Below the pieces are notes generated by a model that saw only the letters and a program-made list of their open reading frames with translations, searched no databases and was not told the DNA's origin. Of a DNA stretch of 32,000 bases, positions 8,055-15,541 are shown one piece after another. The position numbers were made by a program, and so were the translations under genes. Position 1 is the stretch's first letter, and the number at the start of each line of letters is the position of its first letter. Source of the stretch: Candidatus Omnitrophota bacterium (GTDB lineage: Bacteria; Omnitrophota; Gorgyraeia; Zapsychrales; JANLHA01); assembly GCA_963662715.1 (NCBI GenBank), contig OY759724.1, positions 1,320,001-1,352,000 on the forward strand, given 5' to 3'.

Positions 8055-8879
8055 ATGATTATTGGTATGACAGGATATGGGAATGTCCAATTTTCTTATG
8101 GACAAATTAAAGGAATATTGGAAATTAAAAGTCAAAATCATCGTTATTTTGATTTTGTATGTTATTTACCTGTAGGTTTTGGTGGGCTTGAAAGTAAAAT
8201 AAAACAAATTGTCCAAAAAGAAATTAATAGGGGGCGCCTGACGGTTTCAGTTAAAATAACAGAAAAACCAGCCTATAATGTCCAATTTAATAGAAATGCT
8301 CTTAAAGAATACCTTAAAGAAGCTCAGAAAATACAAAAAGAATTTAGTTTGGACAATTCTTTGTCTTTTTCTGATTTGATTTCTCTGCCAGGCGTTGTTG
8401 AAACCAAAGAAGCTATTTTAGATGTAGATAAAATTTGGCTTGCCGGTATACAGCCAGGGGTAAAAAAAGCTTTGAAAAGTCTCGTTACGATGCGTAAGCG
8501 GGAAGGTAATAGTTTAGAAAAAGATATCAACCATATTTTAAAGAGAATGCGCCTGCAAATAAAAACCATAGAATCTCGAACAAAGACAATTTTGCGGGAG
8601 AAAAAGAAAATTTTGAACGCAGATGAATTTGGTTCATTTCAAAAGGGATGTGAAATAAACGAAGAAATTACCCGTTTGAAACATTATGTTGAAGAAAACA
8701 GACTGCTTTTAAAATCTTCGGTCTCCATCGGAAAGAAGATGGATTTTATTGCCCAAGAGATGCAACGTGAAACAAACACCATAGGATCAAAACTGCAGGA
8801 TCAAACAGTATCCAGTTCGGTGATTGCGCTTAAAAGTAAAATCGAAAGATTGCGTGAGCAAGCCCAAAACATTGAATAA
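8055..8879 (+). CDS. yicC: YicC-family stress-induced protein
   Basis: N-terminus MIIGMTGYG. The C-terminal DUF1732-like block reads KKMDFIAQEMQRETNTIGSKLQD...ALKSKIERLREQAQNIE. It sits in the conserved yicC-gmk-rpoZ-coaBC context. Confidence 0.85.
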   Translation: MIIGMTGYGNVQFSYGQIKGILEIKSQNHRYFDFVCYLPVGFGGLESKIKQIVQKEINRGRLTVSVKITEKPAYNVQFNRNALKEYLKEAQKIQKEFSLDNSLSFSDLISLPGVVETKEAILDVDKIWLAGIQPGVKKALKSLVTMRKREGNSLEKDINHILKRMRLQIKTIESRTKTILREKKKILNADEFGSFQKGCEINEEITRLKHYVEENRLLLKSSVSIGKKMDFIAQEMQRETNTIGSKLQDQTVSSSVIALKSKIERLREQAQNIE

Positions 8880-8888
8880 TTTTTTTTA

Positions 8889-9464
8889 ATGAAAAAAGGT
8901 ATTCTTTTTATTCTCTCCGGGCCTTCGGGATCAGGAAAAACCACCCTTACCAAGAAGCTTTTAAATCAGAAAAAATTTAAAGGAAAACTTGTCGAATCCG
9001 TTTCGGCAACAACGCGTCCTCGTCGACGAGGGGAGACGCATGGCAGAGACTATTTTTTTATTAGCGAAAAAATGTTTAAATATAAAATTCGAGCAGGGCA
9101 TTTTTTAGAATGGGAAAAGGTCTTTACGGCTTATTACGGAACGCTGCAAAAAAATGTCCGGGATGTTTTGTCTAAAGGAAAATCCATTTTGTTGTGTATT
9201 GACGTGAAAGGCGCCAGAACTGTTGTCCGGAAGTTTCCGCAAGCCTGCAGTGTTTTTATTCAGGCGCCTTCGATGTCTGTTTTGAAAGAACGGCTGATTG
9301 AACGCAACACGGAAAACAGCCGAGAATTAAAATTAAGATTAAAAACAGCGCAAAAAGAAATGAAAGAAGCGAAACAATATGAATTCGTTATAGTTAATGA
9401 TAATTTTCAGACAGCTTACAAGGAGTTGGAAAAAATTATATGGCAAAAACTTAAGGAGCGTTAA
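8889..9464 (+). CDS. gmk: Guanylate kinase
   Basis: P-loop (LSGPSGSGKTT), SATTRPRRRGETHGRDYFF and the overall Gmk length (191 aa). Confidence 0.93.
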   Translation: MKKGILFILSGPSGSGKTTLTKKLLNQKKFKGKLVESVSATTRPRRRGETHGRDYFFISEKMFKYKIRAGHFLEWEKVFTAYYGTLQKNVRDVLSKGKSILLCIDVKGARTVVRKFPQACSVFIQAPSMSVLKERLIERNTENSRELKLRLKTAQKEMKEAKQYEFVIVNDNFQTAYKELEKIIWQKLKER

Positions 9465-9606
9465 TTTTTGGGGAGAGCGTCTGATATTTTTTAATGTAAA
9501 TACCTAACAATAAACAAGTTGCGGGTTTTGTCTTCCACCTGATCTGGTGAAAACTTGAAACAGCCGGCGTCTTCTCCTCAGAAATGTTTTGCAAGAGATC
9601 TTTCTG

Positions 9607-9628
9607 ACAAGACAGGGGCTTGTTTTTT
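9607..9628 (+). terminator. Weak intrinsic terminator ending a ~165-nt structured post-gmk segment
   Basis: ACAAG (9607-9611), loop ACAGGGG, CTTGT (9619-9623), then TTTTT-G-TTT. The stem is only 5 bp. Confidence 0.4.
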
Positions 9629-9654
9629 GTTTAAAAATGATGGAAAGAATCATT

Positions 9655-9683
9655 TTGACAAGAGCTATTGTTTATGATATAAG
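9655..9683 (+). promoter_or_regulatory. Sigma-70-type promoter for rpoZ-coaC
   Basis: TTGACA (9655-9660), a 17-nt spacer, then TATAAG (9678-9683). Confidence 0.6.
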
Positions 9684-9769
9684 TAAAAATTCGAATATTT
9701 AATGATAAGATTATTGTTTCAAACAGGTTAGCATTATTATGGGTCGGGAAGCAAGGGAGGGAAGCATTT

Positions 9770-10036
9770 ATGGGATATCCGCCGCTTGAGGATTTGTTAC
9801 CAAAAACAGGGCACAGTATTTATAAATTAGTTCGAATGGCATCTAATCGGGCTATTGAACTGGCTGATGGCAAACCTAAATTGATCGAAACACCGTCGTT
9901 ATTAAAAACAACAACGATCGCTTTGGAAGAAATTCAGGATGGCAAGGTTGTGCTTAAATCCGTCGCCGACAAATTTGCTCCGGAAGACATCGGAGATAAA
10001 AAAAACAAAAATGATGCGGCGCCTGCAGGGGCATAA
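9770..10036 (+). CDS. rpoZ: RNA polymerase omega subunit
   Basis: 88 aa containing SIYKLVRMASNRAIELADG, which is like the omega core helix. AGGGAGGG lies upstream of the ATG, and the gene sits in the gmk-rpoZ context. Confidence 0.8.
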   Translation: MGYPPLEDLLPKTGHSIYKLVRMASNRAIELADGKPKLIETPSLLKTTTIALEEIQDGKVVLKSVADKFAPEDIGDKKNKNDAAPAGA

Positions 10037-10041
10037 ACCTG

Positions 10042-10602
10042 ATGGCGAAAAATGTTTCTTTAAAGAATATTGTGCTCGGCGTTACCGGGAGTATTGCTGC
10101 GTATAAAGCCGCAGAGCTTATCCGTCGTTTGCAGGACGAACATTATGATGTTTCTGTTATTATGACTCAAGAGGCCGAGAAGTTTATTTCTTTGTTGACA
10201 CTTGAAACGCTCTCCGGCCATAGCGTTGCCTGTGATATGTTCGGCGGGGCTTCGGGGGCCTGGGAAATAAAGCATGTGTCTCTGGCCGAAAAAGCCGATC
10301 TTTTATTGATTGCTCCGGCAACGGCACATATTCTGGCGAAACTGGCGCATGGCCTGGCTGATGATTTGATCTCGTCGACAGCTCTGGCCAGTTTGGCGCC
10401 GAAGTTGATTGCCCCGGCGATGAATACCCATATGTATGCTCATCCGGCAACGCAGGAAAATATTGAAAAGTTGAAAAATTTTGGATATTCTTTTGTCGGT
10501 CCGTCAGACGGCAAATTAGCGTGCGGAACAGTTGGCCCCGGACATTTAGCGGATATTTCTACAATTGTAGAGGCCGTGAAGCAGATACTGAAAGATTCTT
10601 AG
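10042..10602 (+). CDS. coaC: Phosphopantothenoylcysteine decarboxylase, stand-alone flavoprotein (CoaC) domain
   Basis: 186 aa containing LGVTGSIAAYKAAELIRRL...LIAPATAHILAKLAHGLADDL...PAMNTHMY, which is the N-terminal half of bifunctional CoaBC. No CoaB half follows. The stop codon at 10600-10602 abuts tRNA-Cys. Confidence 0.85.
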   Translation: MAKNVSLKNIVLGVTGSIAAYKAAELIRRLQDEHYDVSVIMTQEAEKFISLLTLETLSGHSVACDMFGGASGAWEIKHVSLAEKADLLLIAPATAHILAKLAHGLADDLISSTALASLAPKLIAPAMNTHMYAHPATQENIEKLKNFGYSFVGPSDGKLACGTVGPGHLADISTIVEAVKQILKDS

Positions 10603-10676
10603 GCGTGGTAGCCAAGTGGTAAGGCAGTGGTCTGCAAAACCATTATTCACCGGTTCGAGTCCGGTCCACGCCTCCA
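10602..10676 (+). tRNA. tRNA-Cys (GCA)
   Basis: Hand-folded cloverleaf: acceptor GGCGTGG/CCACGCC, anticodon stem GTGGT/ACCAT, loop CTGCAAA, T-arm ACCGG-TTCGAGT-CCGGT. CCA is encoded. Confidence 0.9.
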
Positions 10677-10713
10677 AAACATTGAGCGCGCTGGACAGTC
10701 TTGAACAAGTTTT

Positions 10714-10796
10714 GGGCAAGTGGTGGAATGGCATACACGCAGGACTTAAAATCCTGTGACCGCAAGGTCGTGTGGGTTCGACTCCCACCTTGCCCA
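10714..10796 (+). tRNA. tRNA-Leu (TAA), class II with long variable arm
   Basis: Acceptor GGGCAAG/CTTGCCC, anticodon stem CAGGA/TCCTG, loop CTTAAAA, variable arm TGACCGCAAGGTCGT, T-arm GTGGG-TTCGACT-CCCAC. CCA is not encoded. Confidence 0.9.
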
Positions 10797-10865
10797 TGTC
10801 TGTCGTTATAAGCGGCGAACGAAAACGGCAGTATTGTTATATGAAATTTAGACGAAAAATTTTGT

Positions 10866-10942
10866 GGGCGGTTAGCTCAGTTGGTTAGAGTGTCACGTTG
10901 ACATCGTGAAGGTCACAAGTTCGAGTCTTGTACCGCCCACCA
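10866..10942 (+). tRNA. tRNA-Val (GAC)
   Basis: Acceptor GGGCGGT/ACCGCCC, D-arm GCTC-AGTTGGTTA-GAGT, anticodon stem TCACG/CGTGA, loop TTGACAT, T-arm ACAAG-TTCGAGT-CTTGT. CCA is encoded. Confidence 0.9.
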
Positions 10943-10956
10943 TTTTTTAGACGATC

Positions 10957-12687
10957 ATGCATAATAAAGATGAATTAGAAAAATTGCGGCACTCCTGCTC
11001 ACACGTCATGGCCCACGCTGTTAAAGCTATTTGGCCTGACGTGAAAGTGACGATAGGCCCGGCGATCGAAAACGGTTTTTATTACGATTTTGATAAGCCG
11101 GAGCCTTTTACGATGGAGGATTTGAAGAAGATCGAAAAAAAAATGCGGCAGATTATCAATAAAGACTTGCCGTTTCAGCAGACGTTTCTTCCCCGGGCAG
11201 AGGCGCTGTCTTTTTTTAAAGAATTAAAAGAAGACTATAAAGTCGAATTAATTGAAAATTTGCCGGATGAAAAAATTTCTCTCTATAAAACAGGGGATGA
11301 GTTTACGGATCTTTGCCGGGGACCCCATATCGAACGGACCGGGCAGATTAAAGCGTTCAAGCTGCTTTCGGTGGCCGGGGCTTACTGGCACGGGGACGAG
11401 AACAATGCGATGCTGCAAAGAATTTACGGGACATGTTTCTTCAGCCAGGAGGACCTTGATCAGCACTTGCATAATTTAGAAGAAGCGCAAAAACGGGATC
11501 ATCGCAGATTAGGCACCCAACTGGATTTGTTCAGTATTTATCATGAATCTGCCGGCGCCGGACTGGTTTTTTATCATCCGGCCGGAGCGTTGCTAAGAAA
11601 AAATATTGAGGATTATGTCCGGCAACAACATATCAACCGCGGCTATGATTTCGTTATGACGCCGAACATCTTAAAAGGAAAGCTCTGGGAGCTCAGCGGG
11701 CATGCCGATTACTACCGGGAGAATATGTATTATTTTGATGTTGATCAGGAAGAATATGCTGTTAAACCCATGAATTGCCCGGGGCATATGCTGATTTACA
11801 AATCGAAACTGCGTTCCTACCGGGATTTGCCGATCCGGTTTTTTGAACTGGGGACGGTTTACCGTCAGGAGAAAGCAGGTGTTTTGCATGGATTGCTGCG
11901 CGTCCGGGGGTTCACCCAGGACGACGCGCATATATTCTGCCGGCAGGATCAGTTGCAGGATGAAGTCATGGGGGTGATTGATTTCGTTTTTTCGACGATG
12001 AAGGATTTTGGTTTTCATGAATATGAAATCGGTCTCAGCACGAGGCCGGACAAACATATCGGGACAATTGAGGCCTGGGATTGCGCTACGGCGGCTTTGG
12101 AGAGTTCCCTGAAAGACAAAAACGTGACATATCACGTTAATGAGGGAGACGGAGCTTTTTATGGCCCCAAGATCGACATAGAGCTTAAGGATGCCATCGG
12201 CCGTTCCTGGCAGTGTGCTACGATTCAATGCGATTTTTCTCTGCCGGAAAGATTCGATTTAACGTATGTGAATGATCAGGGCGAAACCCAGCGACCGATT
12301 ATGATTCATAGGGCTATTTTGGGAAGCGTTGAACGCTTTATCGGGACGCTGATTGAGCATTATGCCGGCGCGTTTCCTTTGTGGCTGGCCCCTGTTCAGT
12401 CGGTGATTATTCCTATTAAAGATACGCATCAGCCGTATGCAGAGAAAGTAAAAGAGGATTTACAAAAGAGGGGGCTGCGCGTTATAATTGACGCGAGAAA
12501 CGAGAGTTTAAACAAGCGTATTCGGGAAGCCACTTTACAGAAGATTCCGTATCTTTTGATTATCGGCGACAGGGAAGCAGCTTCCGCGCAGGTGTCTGTC
12601 CGGAAACGAAGCCTGGGAGACCAGGGCAACAAGACGATCGAAGATTTATGTGTCCAGCTCCAAGAGGAGATTGACGCAAAAAAATAA
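10957..12687 (+). CDS. thrS: Threonyl-tRNA synthetase lacking the N-terminal TGS domain
   Basis: 576 aa. It begins at the editing-domain motif (LRHSCSHVMAHAVKAIWPDVKVTIGPAIENGFYYDFD), which aligns to about residue 64 of E. coli ThrRS. Class II core: KPMNCPGH, FRDLP-like YRDLPIRF, RVRGFTQDDAHIF, GAFYGPKID. Confidence 0.93.
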   Translation: MHNKDELEKLRHSCSHVMAHAVKAIWPDVKVTIGPAIENGFYYDFDKPEPFTMEDLKKIEKKMRQIINKDLPFQQTFLPRAEALSFFKELKEDYKVELIENLPDEKISLYKTGDEFTDLCRGPHIERTGQIKAFKLLSVAGAYWHGDENNAMLQRIYGTCFFSQEDLDQHLHNLEEAQKRDHRRLGTQLDLFSIYHESAGAGLVFYHPAGALLRKNIEDYVRQQHINRGYDFVMTPNILKGKLWELSGHADYYRENMYYFDVDQEEYAVKPMNCPGHMLIYKSKLRSYRDLPIRFFELGTVYRQEKAGVLHGLLRVRGFTQDDAHIFCRQDQLQDEVMGVIDFVFSTMKDFGFHEYEIGLSTRPDKHIGTIEAWDCATAALESSLKDKNVTYHVNEGDGAFYGPKIDIELKDAIGRSWQCATIQCDFSLPERFDLTYVNDQGETQRPIMIHRAILGSVERFIGTLIEHYAGAFPLWLAPVQSVIIPIKDTHQPYAEKVKEDLQKRGLRVIIDARNESLNKRIREATLQKIPYLLIIGDREAASAQVSVRKRSLGDQGNKTIEDLCVQLQEEIDAKK

Positions 12688-12726
12688 CGGTTTTTGAAAA
12701 TTATTAAAATATAGGAGGTGATTCTT

Positions 12727-13245
12727 ATTCAAAAGCATATTCGTATTAACGAGCGTATTCGATCCCCGGAAGTCCGCGTTATCGGCCCTAATTCGGAACA
12801 GCTAGGAGTTGTGTTGATTAAGCGCGCCTTAGAATTGGCAGAATCCAACGAACTGGACTTAGTGGAAGTGGCGCCAACCGCCAAACCGCCGGTATGCCGT
12901 ATTATGGATTTCAGTAAATATAAATATGATCAGGAGAAAAAGGAACGGCGGGTCAAAAAGAATCAGAAGATCACTCATTTAAAGCAGATCCGCGTTAAGC
13001 CACATATTGATGAAGGGGATTATCAGATAAAGCTGAAACAAGTTAAGATGTTTTTAGAAAAAAAAGATAAAGTGAAAGTGAATTTAATGTTCCGAGGCCG
13101 CGAACTTGCCTTTAAGGAGCAAGGCAGGCAGGTTTTGGAGCGTTTTATTGCCGATACGGCAGAACATGGCCAACCGGAAAAAAACCCGAGCATGGAAGGC
13201 CGTGTCATGTCGGTTACTTTTTCTCCCAAGTCAGACAAGAAGTGA
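12727..13245 (+). CDS. infC: Translation initiation factor IF-3, probable AUU start
   Basis: IF-3 sequence: ...INERIRSPEVRVIGPNSEQLGVV...VKPHIDEGDYQIK.... There is no in-frame ATG near the N-terminus. AGGAGG lies at 12713-12718. The GTG at 12718 (the track start) overlaps the SD, whereas the ATT at 12727 is 8 nt downstream of it. Confidence 0.9.
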   Translation: MQKHIRINERIRSPEVRVIGPNSEQLGVVLIKRALELAESNELDLVEVAPTAKPPVCRIMDFSKYKYDQEKKERRVKKNQKITHLKQIRVKPHIDEGDYQIKLKQVKMFLEKKDKVKVNLMFRGRELAFKEQGRQVLERFIADTAEHGQPEKNPSMEGRVMSVTFSPKSDKK

Positions 13246-13454
13246 GGTCTTTAGCTGATTTTCGTGTTGCAATGCCTGTTTCAGACCAGGCTTCATTTCT
13301 TTTGAAAGACATCGTGTTATGACTTTTGCAGCGTTGTTCAAAAGAAAAAGCCTCAGCCCGTTTTATGGCGGGGGATGTTTGATTTTTATGGAGGGAATGT
13401 TTAAGCAAGTTCTGAGAGTTTAGCGCCTTATATGGTCGAGGAGGGAATAAAGTA

Positions 13455-13652
13455 ATGCCAAAATTGAAAACAAACCGATCCGCCGCCAAACGGTTTAAAA
13501 CTACAAAAAGCGGAAAAATTAAGAAGGTTTCTGCCGGCAGGGGACATATTTTAGGCAAGAAATCGCGAAAAAGAAAACGAAAGTTAAGAAAGAGCAGTTA
13601 TCTGTCAGCTGCGGATGAGAAGAAGATAAGGAGGTTGCTGCCCTATGGTTAG
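13455..13652 (+). CDS. rpmI: 50S ribosomal protein L35
   Basis: [24 protein letters not shown]... is the L35 signature. GGAGGG lies upstream. Confidence 0.93.
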   Translation: MPKLKTNRSAAKRFKTTKSGKIKKVSAGRGHILGKKSRKRKRKLRKSSYLSAADEKKIRRLLPYG

Positions 13653-14004
13653 AGTTCGAACGGCGGTTGCGTCGAGAAAAAGGAAAAAGCGTGTTTTAAA
13701 AGCAGCGAAAGGGCAGTTTGGTCATCGAAGTAAGCATTTCTCTCAGGCTAAGCGATCCGTCATTAAGGGGATGGCGTATTCCTTCCGGGACCGTAAAGTC
13801 AAAAAGAGAGAATTTCGAAGTTTATGGATCATTCGCATTAATGCTGCGTGCCAGGAGCAAGGCCTGACGTACAGCCGTTTTATCAATGGTCTCACTCAGG
13901 CCGGAGTCAATATTAACCGGAAAATTTTAGCCGATTTGGCTGTTAATGCCACAGATTCTTTTAAAGAGTTGGTGGCGTTAGCAAAAAACACAACATCGAA
14001 ATAA
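13645..14004 (+). CDS. rplT: 50S ribosomal protein L20
   Basis: [36 protein letters not shown]... is the L20 signature. It overlaps the end of rpmI by 8 nt. Confidence 0.93.
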   Translation: MVRVRTAVASRKRKKRVLKAAKGQFGHRSKHFSQAKRSVIKGMAYSFRDRKVKKREFRSLWIIRINAACQEQGLTYSRFINGLTQAGVNINRKILADLAVNATDSFKELVALAKNTTSK

Positions 14005-14096
14005 AATATAAGGATGAATCATGCGGTGATTTTATATCGCACCTTTCATCATGAATAATGTATAAATATTGATTCAGCCAACACGTTTTACAGAAG

Positions 14097-14124
14097 GGCC
14101 CTAGAATATAGGGCCTTTTGTTTT
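14097..14124 (+). terminator. Intrinsic terminator after rplT
   Basis: GGCCCTA (14097-14103), loop GAATA, TAGGGCC (14109-14115), followed by TTTTGTTTT. Confidence 0.7.
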
Positions 14125-14173
14125 ATAAGAGAAAACGTCATGACTTTTTAACCTTTTATCAGGACGGGAAAGC

Positions 14174-15532
14174 ATGAAAATTATCATTGTCGGGGCCGGT
14201 GTTATAGGATCCAACCTAGCTAAATTTCTGACAGAAGAAAACCATATCGTTTTTTTGGTTGAACAAAACGAAGAAACCGCAAGAAAAGTTCACGAAAAAA
14301 TAGATGTGAAAGTTGTTATGGGAAGCGGAACCGACCCGGAAATCTTAAAGCAGGCCGCTATTGACAGCGCGGACCTTGTTGTGGCCGTGACAACGTCCGA
14401 CGAAACGAATTTGGTCGTGTGTTCTTTGGCGGCTTCTTTGGGGGCTAAGCGGAGAATTGCCCGAGTGCGGAACAAGTCTTTAAGCAGAGAACTGATGTCT
14501 TCGGGGCTGTCGCATTTTTATGTTGATGAGATTATTAATCCCGAAGAAGTTGCCGCCCATACGATTATTAAAACCATAGAAACCCCCGGGGCCCGGGAGG
14601 TCGCTGATTTTGCCGACGGCCGTGTATTGTTAAGATCTTTTGAAATTTCGAGAAATTCGCCTTTGTGTGACAGCAGGATCGAGGATGTCAATTGTCAGGA
14701 TTTCCCCTGGCCTTTTCTTGTTATTTTTATTATCCGCGAAGGGGAAGCCATGATCCCCAAAGGGCAAAGCACTTTGAAAGAGGGAGATCGTATTTATGTG
14801 TTGCTTCCGGCGGGTTCGTTGGGGGAGTTCCTGATGTTTGTCAACCCTTCAATCCGCAAGGCCAAAAAAGTCGTTATTTATGGAGCGTCGGATGTTGGGA
14901 TTCAGGTGGCGCAGGGATTAAAGGATAACATTCGCGATTTGATCCTGCTGGATGAAAATGCCCCGGCTGCGGAAAATGCAGCGGCCATATTAAATGAAAC
15001 CCGTATCATTAACGGATCGGCAGCGGAAACGGATATTCTTAATGAGGCCGGAATTGAAGTAACGGATGCTTTTATTGCGGTGTCCGGCAATGACCATTCC
15101 AATTTGGTCAGTGCTGTTTTGGCAAAAAAGATGGGGGCAAAGACCACGATCATTATCAGCCAACAGCCGGATTTTATATCCATCATCGATGCTTTGGATA
15201 TTGACGCCATTATTAATCCCCGCCTTTTGGCCGTTCAGCAGATACTGAGACTTGTGCGGGGGAAAGGCGTCCATTCCATGATTAAATTAACGGATTGTAA
15301 TGCCGAGGTCCTGGAAATTGTTCCGGAAGATGGTTCTCCTGTGACCTCCGGCCCTCTGAAAGAGCTCGCGTTTCCGAAAGATTCCATTGTCGGGGCGGTA
15401 ACGGTTGGCCAGGATGTCTTTTTAGCCAATGGAGAAACGCATATCAAAGCCGGAGAAAGAGTGATTGTTTTCTGCCGGGACAATACGGTCAAAAAACTTC
15501 AACGGCTTTTTGTTCGGTCAAAAACGTTATAA
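14174..15532 (+). CDS. trkA: Potassium uptake protein TrkA (two RCK/NAD-binding repeats)
   Basis: 452 aa. MKIIIVGAGVIGSNLAKFL is a Rossmann motif, with a second repeat (KKVVIYGASDVGIQVAQGL). Confidence 0.88.
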   Translation: MKIIIVGAGVIGSNLAKFLTEENHIVFLVEQNEETARKVHEKIDVKVVMGSGTDPEILKQAAIDSADLVVAVTTSDETNLVVCSLAASLGAKRRIARVRNKSLSRELMSSGLSHFYVDEIINPEEVAAHTIIKTIETPGAREVADFADGRVLLRSFEISRNSPLCDSRIEDVNCQDFPWPFLVIFIIREGEAMIPKGQSTLKEGDRIYVLLPAGSLGEFLMFVNPSIRKAKKVVIYGASDVGIQVAQGLKDNIRDLILLDENAPAAENAAAILNETRIINGSAAETDILNEAGIEVTDAFIAVSGNDHSNLVSAVLAKKMGAKTTIIISQQPDFISIIDALDIDAIINPRLLAVQQILRLVRGKGVHSMIKLTDCNAEVLEIVPEDGSPVTSGPLKELAFPKDSIVGAVTVGQDVFLANGETHIKAGERVIVFCRDNTVKKLQRLFVRSKTL

Positions 15533-15541
15533 GGACAGAAG

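Noticed and set aside
9536-9575. TPP (THI-box) riboswitch resemblance. CACCTGATCTGG is identical to the conserved ACCUGAUCUGG segment of thiM-type aptamers, and CTGG...CCGG-CG mimics P5.
   Set aside because: The 5' half with the invariant CUGAGA and the GGGGUGC/ACCC P2 is absent. The sequence after CCGGCG (UCUUCUCC) cannot form P4 or P1. No thiamine-related gene lies downstream, since rpoZ has its own promoter.
9530-9640. SRP (4.5S) RNA or 6S RNA in the gmk-rpoZ gap or at 29193-29317
   Set aside because: Neither locus contains the near-invariant SRP domain IV motif (GGAA tetraloop with the flanking AGCA/GGUCC-type loops). Neither folds into the simple rod with a large central bubble expected of 6S. 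I left them as RNAs of unknown family.
13214-13558. 114-aa minus-strand ORF spanning the infC-rpmI spacer
   Set aside because: It overlaps both the infC 3' end and the rpmI 5' end on the opposite strand, has no recognisable motifs and no SD. The region is better explained as a leader RNA.
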